Assembly: GCA_964019425.1 (NCBI GenBank)
Contig: OZ025792.1
Location: forward strand, 496,001 to 560,000
DNA from: Flectonema sp. DT1601
Lineage: Eukaryota
Length of the DNA stretch: 64,000 nt
Reading direction: 5' to 3'
Below, in pieces: positions 1 to 10,874 of this stretch. A program made the translations under genes and the position numbers. Numbering within the stretch: position 1 is the stretch's first letter; each line of letters starts with the position of its first letter. The notes beneath the pieces were generated by a model. That model was not told the DNA's origin. It did not search any database and saw only the letters and a program-made list of their open reading frames with translations.

Positions 1-500
1 TTTAGACTTGTTGTTAATTCAGATATATCATCCTTTAGTGAGGTAACTCGAAGACTGAGGAAAGCAACTTCATTATCAGCTGTTGAGCATATGGAGGAAA
101 CGTTGTCACCAACACAAGTTTCAGTTCCTGACATCGTCCCTTGTTGAATGCTTTTTTGAACTTTTTGTGTTCGGAGTGGAGGACGCTCATCATCTTCTGT
201 GTCGCTGTCTATGTTGATGTCTTCTAATTCACGATCTTCTCGAGTTCTCTTTCCGTCGGCAATTCGATGTGCTACAACTGCTAAAGTGTCCGGGGCTGTC
301 GTCGCGCCTTTCATTTCTGCTGTATGTCTCTCGCTATCAATATACAACAATTCTCTAGCTTCACTCAAAATCTGTCTATAAACACTACTCTGACTCGGAC
401 CAGCAACCATTACCACTGCTCTTACTAAATGATGGTAGGCGCTGACCTCTTCTTTGCGGAGCTTCTTGAACAGCTCTTCATCAGTTGGATTTTTTGACAT
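1..500 (-). CDS. ENT (EMSY N-terminal) domain protein, 3'-truncated by the window edge
   Basis: Absent from the ORF track because there is no stop in the window. Hand translation from ATG 500 gives MSKNPTDEELFKKLRKEEVSAYHHLVRAVVMVAGPSQSSVYRQILSEARELLYIDSERHTAEMKGA, which fits the ENT pattern (LE..AY..VLRA...L.ELR.EL.I..E.H..E). An acidic linker follows. Confidence 0.7.
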   Translation of the reverse strand, partial: MSKNPTDEELFKKLRKEEVSAYHHLVRAVVMVAGPSQSSVYRQILSEARELLYIDSERHTAEMKGATTAPDTLAVVAHRIADGKRTREDRELEDINIDSDTEDDERPPLRTQKVQKSIQQGTMSGTETCVGDNVSSICSTADNEVAFLSLRVTSLKDDISELTTSL

Positions 501-2033
501 CGCAAAAGCACGACGGCGGCTATATTAATTATGTTACAATAAATATATAAACAAAAAATAAAAAAAAAAAAACTGATTAAATAAAAACTGTTTTGTTTAA
601 AGAAGTAGCAGAAAATAATTTTCTCACGAAGTTACTGTATTTACCATGTGATTTCAGACTGCTACAAACGAAATACCATTTCAATGACTACCAACACACA
701 AATATTTATTAGTAGCGCTACAGTGGGGAGATTCTTTTTGAAGGGAAATTGTAAGGGGAGAGAAAAAAGTAAAGGACCAGCTGGCGGACATCCAGTGCAA
801 TACATGCATAAAGCCAGTGATAAAAAGAAATAATAATTGAAAAAACACGTTCAGAGGGTTTTTTTTTTTTTTTTTTTTTTTCCTTAATTTTCTTATTTAA
901 GTATGCGGTCAAGCAAACTTGACAATTTCAAAAATAAATAAAGATAAGAATTTTTTTTAAAAAAAAAAAGAAAAAATCCCTCGCTGAGAAGTTTTTTTTC
1001 ACTGAACACTACGACAGAGGATTTGCTTTTTTTTTTGATAAAATGCGAACATCGTAAATCAGAAACGGACAATTCCCTCACTTTTTATCAAAACATTTCA
1101 TTGAGAATTGTAGATGGTGGCCATGATTTTAGAGCCCTCTCGGTGACCATTCACAATTTCCTAAATCCTAAATCCATCTTATATGATGACTTGTTTTCCG
1201 CGACTAGCGGGAACCAAGTCGCATCACTTTATTTTGTTGGTTACTTTCTGATTTCACTTTGCCTTACAAAGGGAGCATTTTGCAGCTTTGCCATTGTAAG
1301 AAAAAAAGTTTTTCTTTCACTTCTTTGTTGTGTCTTTTCGACATGGGTAAAAAAACTTGGTAAATTGATATAGAAAATAACTTGAATCTGGCTAAACTAA
1401 ACAAGATTGGCCCAAGTTTGGTTGCTATGCAAAAAGACCACTAGTTGGAATCGATAATCCAAACGCTGTCCGAACAGGGATTTGGGGACCACGTACTGCA
1501 GGTTGAGCGCGCGCTCCATGCCCTGCAGGTCGTTACAGTTTTTTTTTTTTAAATATAATTATCTATTTGCAAACGAAGGGGGGGTGGGGAATGGGGAAAA
1601 GAAAAACATAGGAGACCGACCAGAACACGTAGGAAATATATTTCTTTTTTTTTTTTTTTTTTTTTTTTTAGTTTATTTTAGTTGCGAGACAGTTGTACAA
1701 ATAATTTCTATTTTATTTTATTTTTCTATTTTTCCAGTTGCTATCTTCTCATCTCGGTTGCCGCACAAATGTAAACCGCAACTGTAAGGGACTAATTTAT
1801 TTATAATATTATATGGAAAAACAATTGATACCAGTTGAACATAAAAAGATTTCGAAAACCTTTTGTGTTGGAATCAGAGTTTTCCCTTTATCATTATTAT
1901 TATTTTTTTCCTGATATTATTTTACATTTTTTTTTTTTTGTTGTGAAACCAAAACCAATTGATCAGAATCTGGAGTTATTAAGAGAACAAAATAATTTTT
2001 TTAAAAAAAAATAAACAAGAATGGAAAAAGAAT

Positions 2034-4490
2034 TCAGTCGGGATACGTGCTGCTCTTAAACAAGATCGGAATCGCACCCCCTCCCATCGCCAAGAATATA
2101 ACAATGACCATAAAGGCAGTGCAATTTCCTCTCTTAAAACGTGGAAGACCGTATACATTGCTACGACCTCTTCTTCCTGTATTAGCTCCAGGGGCAGAGC
2201 AGTAGATTCGCGCAACCCACAGAAACACCCAGGCAGCAAAACAAATATTAATTCCCAGCAACACCAACCAAGTTGTGTACCCAACAAAAGGTTCATCAGA
2301 ATCACGAAAGTGTTGCGCCCTGTCTTGAGCCACAGAAAATAGGTACATCTGTTTGGTATTTTTTTTTTTTTTTTTTTTTGGAAAATTTTGAAAAAAGAAA
2401 AACGAGGAAAACCGTTCAGATAAGCCTTATATTTTGACACAACAAATAAACGGCTCTTAATCTGAATAGTTTTTCTTCTCCGACTTCGTCGGTGCAAAAA
2501 AAAAAAAACAAACCATTGGAATATTATGCAACAAAAGCCTTATGACACTATAAAAGTAAGCAAATCTGTATATTATATTTGCATGAGTAGAGCACTGAGT
2601 TGTCATCATTTCATTAGGAACTCTCTTTAAAAGCATAATCGCAAACAGAGGGATAATTGGAATTAATTGTAATCTAGTAGGCCATAAAAACGGACGAGTT
2701 ATCCCACCCACTCTAAACGGACGGTCTTTGTAATGAATGTCTCTACATGCCCACCATAATGTCCAATCACCTAATATACAGTAACCTAAAGAGAGTATAC
2801 CAAGCTTCCAGTAATCATGGGTAAGAGCATAAGCAATAACATAACAGTTAACTACTGTGCTAGCTATGAGTACAAGAATAGCAACACCAGTTACCCAAAC
2901 ATCAATTGAATCTGGTTTGGTTGGGTATTCTATTATTGTCGTATACAGCTCATCATAGAATCCAGGGTGATGAGGAATACTATCATCTGGGATTGGATAA
3001 GAGAGTTCTAACACATTAAGGACTCGAGACAGGTAGTCTTCAACTGATATGTTTTCAACATCTCCCTCAGAAGTTAGTGATTTCGATACGTTTGCTGTTA
3101 TTGCTGCTACTGATTTACGAAATGTGCGGCAGACATCAGGTTCATCTGCAGGTTGTTGTGTGAGAGGATCACTTCCAGAAGTTCTCGCAAATATTGCGAG
3201 TCGTTCTTTCATTTGAGTGGTTTCATTTTCTAACTTTTGTATCGCACTTTCAACTGCCGTGTTGCTCTGAAATCCATTCTGCTGTTTACCACCACCACCA
3301 CCACCACCACCACCACCACTTCCTAATTTTAGAGATGCTTTTCTCGCAATGTTTTGAGTAACAGCAGGACCATCAGTCAACATTCCGACACCGCGCATCT
3401 GATTTGCCACATCGATTTGAAGAGGAATTCGAGCATCATTTTCTTCAGCGGTGAGTTCCTTCTCCTCATCGTGTTGTTGTTTTATAAGTTCCTCAAGCTC
3501 TCGTTGTTCTTTACCGAATGGTTGCTCTTCAAGTCTGTAAACTGGTCTTTCATTAGGGTCACGAGGTACATAAGTACCGGCTGGTTCCCAAGTATGGTCC
3601 CACGGACCCTTTGGTATCTTCTTGGTACGCTGATACTCATCCCATTGTGTGGTTATGAATTGTTGTAACCCTTGTGACGCCTTTGCTAAATTGCAAATTG
3701 ACTCGGGTCCGGCTTTCTGAGTGACCATATTAATTAACGTTGATGGAATCCAACCAGCAGGATCAGTACAAGTGAGGTATGTTAAAGTACAACCAGTTGG
3801 ATCATTTTGAGCAGGTCTGATGTAGTAAGCAGTACTGAATGATACTCCTCTGGTAGCTCCACTTTTCACTGGACAGTTTGGATGAGGAGTAGAGAAGTTA
3901 GCAATGACGTAGCGTTCTTTACCAAGTTCGATCCAACCTCTTTGATTACAGAAATCTCTGTTCTGAATAACGGGCATCTTTGCGTGATAGTAACCGATAT
4001 CGTTATTGCGAGCGAATCGAGAGATGTTGTATCCTTTTAACATATTGTGATCCCATGTCGCACGATACATGTGTTCATTTAAACAACTAAAGATCTCTAA
4101 AGCTTTGACTCCGGGAAAATCCGCCTCCAAACGGAACTCATCAATTTTAGCCTTCTTATTAGAAGGAGTTCTACGAGAGACATGAACGTGGATTCCGGTG
4201 TCCATTTTTACGACGTGGGGAGAGTTCCAGGGACGGCCGTCTTCTCCTCGCATCGCTTTTAGGACTTCTCTGAAACGTTTTTTACCAAATAATTTGTACC
4301 ACGTTCCCTTTTCTTGACATTCCCATGAAAACTCTTCTCCATCCCAAGTCCATCGATACGTCTTCTCACCAACTCCAACATTCTTTTTTTCAACTCCGCT
4401 GTCACCAGGTCTTAGTTTTTTATAAACAAACGGTTTCACTGATGTTGGTGCTGCTGGTGCAGGGGCGCTCGGAGATTCCTCGTCCGCCAT
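2034..4490 (-). CDS. START (lipid-transfer) domain protein with C-terminal multi-pass membrane region; 2 exons (4490-2514, 2348-2034), ~763 aa
   Basis: START motifs YRATWDHNM, NRDFC, DPAGWIPS. Likely start MADEES lies just after a CAG acceptor. A phase-0 intron (2349-2513) joins the ORF to the hydrophobic ORF 2034..2348. Confidence 0.85.
2349..2513 (-). other. GT-AG cis-intron (165 nt) in the START gene
   Basis: GTTTGTTTTT...AAAAAATACCAAACAG; removal fuses two ORFs in frame. Confidence 0.85.
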
Positions 4491-4920
4491 GTTGACCTGT
4501 AGATAAAAGTAAGTAGACAAGTCAAGTAACAATTACGTACTTTACAATGGCGGTATTCAATAGCGAGGTTGGCTTACCACTTTGTTTATAACCTGTAGTG
4601 TAGAATACGATTTTCTTTTTTTCTTTTTCTTTTTGTTGAACTTTACCATCAATCAGAGTAGTCTGTTTTCTAAGGGGGGGAATTCATTTCGTTCCTTTTT
4701 TTTTATTTTTTTTTTTTTTTATAATTCATTCCAATCTGTTTCTTTTCTTTTTTTTTCTTGTTGTTGACAGATTTTGGACTTTCTATGGCGTTTGTTTTTT
4801 TGTTTTTGTTCTGGTTGTCCCCTTACGGAGCTGTTAATCTAAGAAATCTAATCACAGAGTACCTGAAAATATGTGGGAGAAGAAAAAAAAAAAATAAACT
4901 TACATTCAGTTATCTCTGTT

Positions 4921-6126
4921 TTAGCGGATCGCAGAAGGCTGTGAGCGATGGCCATGAAATGTTGTGGTTTGAGGATTTGTAATATTCGGAACTACTTGCT
5001 GATGTTTATCACCGTCAACGAGGATGGTGAGATTCCCAACAACTTTCATATCAGCAGTGACGGTATTGTACGAATCAACAATCTCACATGGAGCATCCTC
5101 AACAACAAGTTTATGTTGTTGAGCATTTTGTAAGAACTCAACAGGATCAAGAAATGTCTTCTCAAACATTGTTTGTTGGTAGTTTAAAAACGACTCAACC
5201 CAATCAAAGTATTCAAGTTGACGACGCAGCTCGGAATCATCCGATTGAAGTAAGTTTAATTTTGCCTGAGTTCTATTGTGAAGGACTTGAACAACTTGTT
5301 GAACTGCTTTATAAATCTTATCTTGAGCATGAGCATGGTTTTGAGTAACTTGATTCATTCTCTCATCAATAGCGCTGAGTTGATTAAGAATAGTTTGTCT
5401 GCGATCAGCTAATTGTCTTTTTTGATTTTCAAGTGCTGCGAATGTATGCGCAAACGCATCTTGATAACAATGTGTCCTCCAACTTGCGACTTTATTGCTT
5501 ACAGCACCCAGACCACGTCTGTCTTCTTCAGGATCGTAGACACAATTGACAACGAAATCAGGCCATACTTTAGTTTCATCATTAATTATGTATTCGTTAA
5601 AGTAATCATTTGGATCAGTCTTACTCTCATTGTGTATTTTAATACTGTGGTATCCCTCTGGTACTGGGTATTTACCAATGTGGTTTTTTTCCATCACGAA
5701 TGACTGCCCTGCTGATAAACGCAAGTGAAGAAGCTCCAATTGCATGGCTCCACCGGGTCTACCTCTCTGGTTATATTCATCACCGTGTTCATTAAGATGA
5801 AGTCTGATACCACCTGAAGTGAATAAAGCTCCTCTTGTTGGGTCAGTTATCCGAAATCTCCCTCCGTGTGATGATATTTGTTCGATAGTATTATCTTCGG
5901 GTAGTGCTGGAGTGTAAACCCATGAATCTAATATAGTACTTCCTATGTTGTCCCTTTCAAATTTTATATTTTCATCTGGATGGTGAAGGGCATGGACACT
6001 AAGAATCTTTACAGTGACTGACCGAAGAGCTAATTTTAGAGAGTAGTCCATCATTCTATACTCAGCATCGCCAGGCATTAGTGGACGAAGCGCCTTTAAA
6101 TGTGGTCGTGGAACCCATTCTGACAT
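4921..6126 (-). CDS. ADP-ribosyltransferase/PARP-fold-like domain plus coiled coil (~401 aa)
   Basis: PEGYHSI...NEYIINDETKVWPDFVV resembles the PARP-fold C-terminal motif (GYDS..EYVV.....V.P.Y.V), followed by a long Q/L/E coiled coil. Start taken at MSEWV. Confidence 0.6.
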   Translation of the reverse strand: MSEWVPRPHLKALRPLMPGDAEYRMMDYSLKLALRSVTVKILSVHALHHPDENIKFERDNIGSTILDSWVYTPALPEDNTIEQISSHGGRFRITDPTRGALFTSGGIRLHLNEHGDEYNQRGRPGGAMQLELLHLRLSAGQSFVMEKNHIGKYPVPEGYHSIKIHNESKTDPNDYFNEYIINDETKVWPDFVVNCVYDPEEDRRGLGAVSNKVASWRTHCYQDAFAHTFAALENQKRQLADRRQTILNQLSAIDERMNQVTQNHAHAQDKIYKAVQQVVQVLHNRTQAKLNLLQSDDSELRRQLEYFDWVESFLNYQQTMFEKTFLDPVEFLQNAQQHKLVVEDAPCEIVDSYNTVTADMKVVGNLTILVDGDKHQQVVPNITNPQTTTFHGHRSQPSAIR

Positions 6127-6648
6127 TGCTGAGCCCCCTCCCCAGCTGCGAAAAAAAAATTTTAGAAAATTTATTTTTTTTGATACAAAAAAAAAAAAAA
6201 ACACACAATTCTTGCCAATTCTTTGTTTGTTTGCTGTTTTTTTTTTTTTTTGAGAAAAAAAATTTTCTTTTTTTTGATTGGCGTGTCGTTTACATTTAAG
6301 AAAAGAAATTACCGCTTCGACTTAGGCAGGTAAATACAAAACAAAAAGGGAAACCCTATCCACCAAAAGTTTGGAGAAACGTATACTACGGTCACGATAT
6401 TGTGTAGCATTTGCTGACTCCCTGGATATGTATTTAAATCGGCAAAATTGAAAAATCGAGATACAAAAAAAAACGTAAACAAAGAACAGATCCGGCTTGA
6501 AAATAGTGAAAGAAAAAAAGAAAAAAAAAAGGGATGGATTTTTTTCAAATCCGTATCTCCTGCATGACTTAACACTTTGTGGGTGATAAACTGCAACTGA
6601 TTTCAGAAAATATTAAACAAAAAATTTAAAACACAACTCACTGACTAC

Positions 6649-9600
6649 CTACGTTGAAGATGAAGGGCTGTACGGATTCCTAGGTGAAGGAACGAAATTC
6701 CCGTTGAGCCGAAGAGCCCTTTGTTGTGCTCTCTTCCAATCTACCTCTCTATATCTGTCTTCCCAATCTCTTAAGTACCTCTGTGCGTAGGCAAACTTAT
6801 AAAGAGCAGCGAGTTCCTTTGCGGTGTGATTACCCTGCTTGGTTTTTAGAAACAATAATTCTTCCAGCTTAGAATCTGTAGCAAAACGTTCCAACAAGTA
6901 TTCCAGTACAGCTATTTTACCACTGAAAGCAGCACAGTGAAGGAGAGAATACCCTCCCTCAACAGCAGGAAAACAATGTTGAATTGCGTTGTCAGGTGAG
7001 CGAGTGGCTGGATGACCAATTTTTGACAACACATCGGTACTACGAACTCTATTGATCGGTTCTTCATATTGAAGACAGATTGATATAATAGAAACATGAC
7101 CGTGTTGTGATGCAATACTCAGTGGTGTTCTTCCATTGTGGTCGGCACAGTCGCTGATACCAGAGAGCTCTGGATCAACTTTTCTCAATTTTTGAAAAAC
7201 TGAAGTAATTCCATGTTCTGCTGCCCTTCTCAACTCAGCTCCACCATCTTTATATAATTTACTCTTCAGATATGACATTTGATTTGCGTGTTCTCGCAAT
7301 TCATTTTCGATGCGTTTTTTTGTTATTCGTTCAGACCGTTTCCTTCCTCTGATAGCTTCAATTCGATTATTGCCGATAGGCTTTCCGTTGACTCCAGTTC
7401 TGATTGCTCTTCTGTGAAGATCACGTTGGTTTACTTCTTCCTTTTTCTTACCTGAGAATGCTATTGGATTCTTATGGTATCCAAGTTGTTCTTCGATTTT
7501 TATCATTTCAGTCGTCTTCGCTAATAGAAGTTCATTCTTACGCGTGAGTTGAGTTTTGAGAGAACGAAGCTCGCTAAGAACTCCATCAGGTTCTTCAAGA
7601 GAGAGATGACAGCCGCAGTTGCCACAATACTTAACCTGATTGACAGTGTTCTTTTTACGAGAAGTGATAACTGTGAAATTAATCTTGCGACATTCAGGAT
7701 CAGAACAACGGATTGGAACCGAAGCTGAAGCCACACCATGAGACCTGCTTGAAACACCACTTTTATAACTGGCTACGGATGCTCTTCTTGACGGCTGTGG
7801 AGTGTCATCATCATCTTCAGAACTAAAACTTTCAAAGTTACTTTCCCTGTCAAGCTCTTTTTCTAACCACCAGTCATAAATCTCTGTCATTTCATTCAGT
7901 TCAATGTCAGTTTGAATTTCAGTTTCTTTTTTTTTTTTTGGAGCAACCAAAGCCTCATTAAATCTCTGATTAGTATCACCACCTAATAAATTAGTATACA
8001 ACGGACTAGTATAATCCATACCAGTGGGTGGCCGTACTAAATACCTAACAACGTATGGGGTTTCAGGGGGGTAGTTCACTGGAGCTTGACCGGGACAGTG
8101 ATATTCGTATGGAGCTATAAGCCATTTATTTATTGATTCGTCGACGCCAGTTGGGATGCGTACCTCTGAGATTTCGACAAGATCAAGGCAGATATTAACT
8201 TTATCTGGAAATATAACAGACAGATACCCAACAGATACCAACACTAAGGACGCAATGCATGTGGTAACATCTGTAGTCACAATCTCAATAACTGATTCTT
8301 TTACTGTTGGTTCCAATTGAGTTGTAATTGGTGTTGGCATTTCATACGTATCGTGTTGTTGTAAAAACGATAAAGTTTGATTATCAATCGGAGACAAGTT
8401 TATATCAACTGGAAATGTTTGTAACGTAACTTGCAGTGAAACACCTTCATCAGTTAATTCATAAACAGACGGTTCCTTTAGTTCTTCATTTACAACAATA
8501 CCCATCAAAGCTACGCAAGAATCGTTTTGTATAATTGTGATCTCTTCTTTAAATGGAAGTCTACTCTGAATAGATACTGGAATATCCCATGAGTCTACAG
8601 AGCTTTGTGGTATTCTCTCATCACCTTTTATTTGGTTTAAATGTAATAAAAGTGGTGCAGTGACAGTAGTTGGAATCTTTAAAAGCCTAACAGATTGAAT
8701 AACAATTGTGACCATCTCACCAACAAACACTTCCTCTGAGATTGGTGTTTCAGTTTGAGGTGTCGGCTCAGCAGATGGAAGTAACGGAGAACTAAGAACA
8801 GGTTCCTCACTAATTCTATTATTTGATTGTTCATAATGAAGATCAGTAGAGGGAGAAGGAGAAACACTCTCTTGATTCACATTCTGAGATGGTGGAGGAG
8901 GAGGGTAGCCACTCAGCTGACTACCATCACCTTCTTGGTGTGGAGGAGGAGGGTAGCCACTCAGCTGACTACCATCACCTTCTTGGTGTGCAGGAGGAGG
9001 GTAGCCACTCAGCTGACTACCATCACCTTCTTGGTGTGCAGGAGCAGGATAGCCACTCAGCTGACTACCATCACCTTCCTGATGTGCAGGAGGAGGGTAG
9101 CCACTTAACTGACTACCATCACCTTCTTGGTGTGGAGGAGGAGGGTAGCCACTCAGCTGACTACCATCACCTTCTTGGTGTGCAGGAGCAGGATAGCCAC
9201 TTAACTGATTACTATCTGTTTGATGTCCACCCCATTCGTGTTGATCACTAACAACATCACTTCCTACTTGAGGTGGATAAACAGCTGCCTGAGTTCCGTA
9301 TGTCGTTTGTTGATGTCCTGAAGGAAGGTACTCCTCTCTGTAGGGAAGCTGATCCTCTCCGTAAGGAAGCTCTTCTTCATGAGATGGATGCTGGAAGTAA
9401 TGAGGGTTTTCAGGGTACGAGGACTCAGGATATGATGGGTACTCTCCGTGAGGGTTCGCAGGATACGAGGACGGTGGAGGAGGGTACTCTCCGTGTGGAA
9501 GCTGCTGTTGGAACTGCTGAGAGTGAGGGTTCGCAGGATACGAGGACGGTGGAAGAGGGTACTCTCCGTGTTGTTGGTATTGATGTGGATGTTGAGGATA

Positions 9601-10587
9601 AGATGTTTGATAAGGTAAGTTATTACCATATTGAGATTCTCCATTCTGAGGATAAGGTGATTGTGATTGATGTATCTCCCCATGAGAAGGATATGGAAGT
9701 TGTGAATCATTTCCATTATACTGAGACACTCCCTGCTGAGGATACGATGACTGTCCCTGAGAGGGATGATACTGTTGAGGAACACCAACACCCTGTGGAA
9801 GACCACCTTGTTGAAGAATATCGTGTGGAGGATAAGGCGATTGATTTGACTGCTGCGGCCGCGGAAATGACTGCTGGTTAGGATAATGCTGTTGGGGAGC
9901 TTGCGGAGGATAAGGAAACTGCGAACCATCTCCTTGATGAGGATACGGCGACTGGTTCCAATCAGATTGAGGAACATCAACACCATGTGGAAGAGTACCC
10001 TGTTGAGGAACATCGTGAGGAGGATAAGGCGACTGCTGGTGTTGCTGAGAAGACACCAAACCCTCACCCGCACCATTTTGGAGATGTGACAACGGAACTT
10101 GATCAGCTGTAGAAGGTTCAGGGATTCCTTCAGACTTAGTCTGCTCACTAAGTGATATCTCACCAAGTGTTAATTCATAAGATAATTTGAGTGATCCAAA
10201 ACCACGACCAGTATCGAGTGATGAGTCTTCAGGAACTTCAGGTCGAGGTCCTAATTTAAAAGTAGACATTTCCTCAGTCAAGTTCTCACCGTTCAGTAAG
10301 ATATCACAAACACCAATACAAGTAGCTTCACCATCATAAGAGATGTGATTTAGTTGAAATCTTAAAGTTGTATTTCCCTCTGAGAAAGGAACTTTTAGAG
10401 AAACTGTTTCTATCTCTTCCCATATTGGGTTTGCTTTGTCTTTCTTAACCTCCGTTTCAAAAATCTTAAACCCTCCTATTAATACCCAAAGCTGACAATT
10501 GCTAGTTCGTCCTCTCGCTTTAACGCCAATGATCTGTTCTGCGGAGTCTACATTTAATAAAGCAGATAATACACCTTCTTGAGTCAT
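6649..10587 (-). CDS. C2 domain, P/Q/Y-rich repeats, Zn-ribbon, coiled coil and ankyrin repeats (1312 aa)
   Basis: N-terminal C2-like FETEVKKDKANPIWEE; CSDPEC..CGNCGC; ankyrin motifs NGRTPLSIASQHGH and GYSLLHCAAFSGK. Confidence 0.8.
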   Translation of the reverse strand: MTQEGVLSALLNVDSAEQIIGVKARGRTSNCQLWVLIGGFKIFETEVKKDKANPIWEEIETVSLKVPFSEGNTTLRFQLNHISYDGEATCIGVCDILLNGENLTEEMSTFKLGPRPEVPEDSSLDTGRGFGSLKLSYELTLGEISLSEQTKSEGIPEPSTADQVPLSHLQNGAGEGLVSSQQHQQSPYPPHDVPQQGTLPHGVDVPQSDWNQSPYPHQGDGSQFPYPPQAPQQHYPNQQSFPRPQQSNQSPYPPHDILQQGGLPQGVGVPQQYHPSQGQSSYPQQGVSQYNGNDSQLPYPSHGEIHQSQSPYPQNGESQYGNNLPYQTSYPQHPHQYQQHGEYPLPPSSYPANPHSQQFQQQLPHGEYPPPPSSYPANPHGEYPSYPESSYPENPHYFQHPSHEEELPYGEDQLPYREEYLPSGHQQTTYGTQAAVYPPQVGSDVVSDQHEWGGHQTDSNQLSGYPAPAHQEGDGSQLSGYPPPPHQEGDGSQLSGYPPPAHQEGDGSQLSGYPAPAHQEGDGSQLSGYPPPAHQEGDGSQLSGYPPPPHQEGDGSQLSGYPPPPPSQNVNQESVSPSPSTDLHYEQSNNRISEEPVLSSPLLPSAEPTPQTETPISEEVFVGEMVTIVIQSVRLLKIPTTVTAPLLLHLNQIKGDERIPQSSVDSWDIPVSIQSRLPFKEEITIIQNDSCVALMGIVVNEELKEPSVYELTDEGVSLQVTLQTFPVDINLSPIDNQTLSFLQQHDTYEMPTPITTQLEPTVKESVIEIVTTDVTTCIASLVLVSVGYLSVIFPDKVNICLDLVEISEVRIPTGVDESINKWLIAPYEYHCPGQAPVNYPPETPYVVRYLVRPPTGMDYTSPLYTNLLGGDTNQRFNEALVAPKKKKETEIQTDIELNEMTEIYDWWLEKELDRESNFESFSSEDDDDTPQPSRRASVASYKSGVSSRSHGVASASVPIRCSDPECRKINFTVITSRKKNTVNQVKYCGNCGCHLSLEEPDGVLSELRSLKTQLTRKNELLLAKTTEMIKIEEQLGYHKNPIAFSGKKKEEVNQRDLHRRAIRTGVNGKPIGNNRIEAIRGRKRSERITKKRIENELREHANQMSYLKSKLYKDGGAELRRAAEHGITSVFQKLRKVDPELSGISDCADHNGRTPLSIASQHGHVSIISICLQYEEPINRVRSTDVLSKIGHPATRSPDNAIQHCFPAVEGGYSLLHCAAFSGKIAVLEYLLERFATDSKLEELLFLKTKQGNHTAKELAALYKFAYAQRYLRDWEDRYREVDWKRAQQRALRLNGNFVPSPRNPYSPSSST
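8891..9208 (-). repeat. Coding 48-bp tandem repeat, ~6.6 copies (SQLSGYPPPxHQEGDG)
   Basis: Unit gggtagccactcagctgactaccatcaccttcttggtgtggaggagga is visible on the + strand. Confidence 0.95.
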
Positions 10588-10874
10588 TATTAAGGGAGGG
10601 AGGGGGGGATCCCCCCTTTCTCACCTGATAAACAAAAAAATAATAAAAGTAGTAGAAGCACATTGATAATTTGCAATGCAACTCTTCCGTTTTCAGTTGG
10701 TTGCCTGAAAAATAGCCTGTGAGACTACGATGTACGGAGTGGAGGGAAGAAGAATTCAGAGCCGGCAACTCAACTAGTAAAGAGCTAGGCTAATATATCC
10801 TAATACCTATTAAAGGGTATTGGGCGATACCATCACACCAACAGAGAGAAATAAACAGCGTGTGTTATGCAACG

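Noticed and set aside
4863..4903. 41-nt GTAAGT...TTTCAG intron extending the PARP-like CDS
   Set aside because: It lies after the stop codon. It is pyrimidine-type, so more likely a UTR intron or a trans-splice acceptor for the next gene.
8827..10166. Overlapping ORFs of 67-300 aa
   Set aside because: Shadows of the P/Q/Y-rich coding region.
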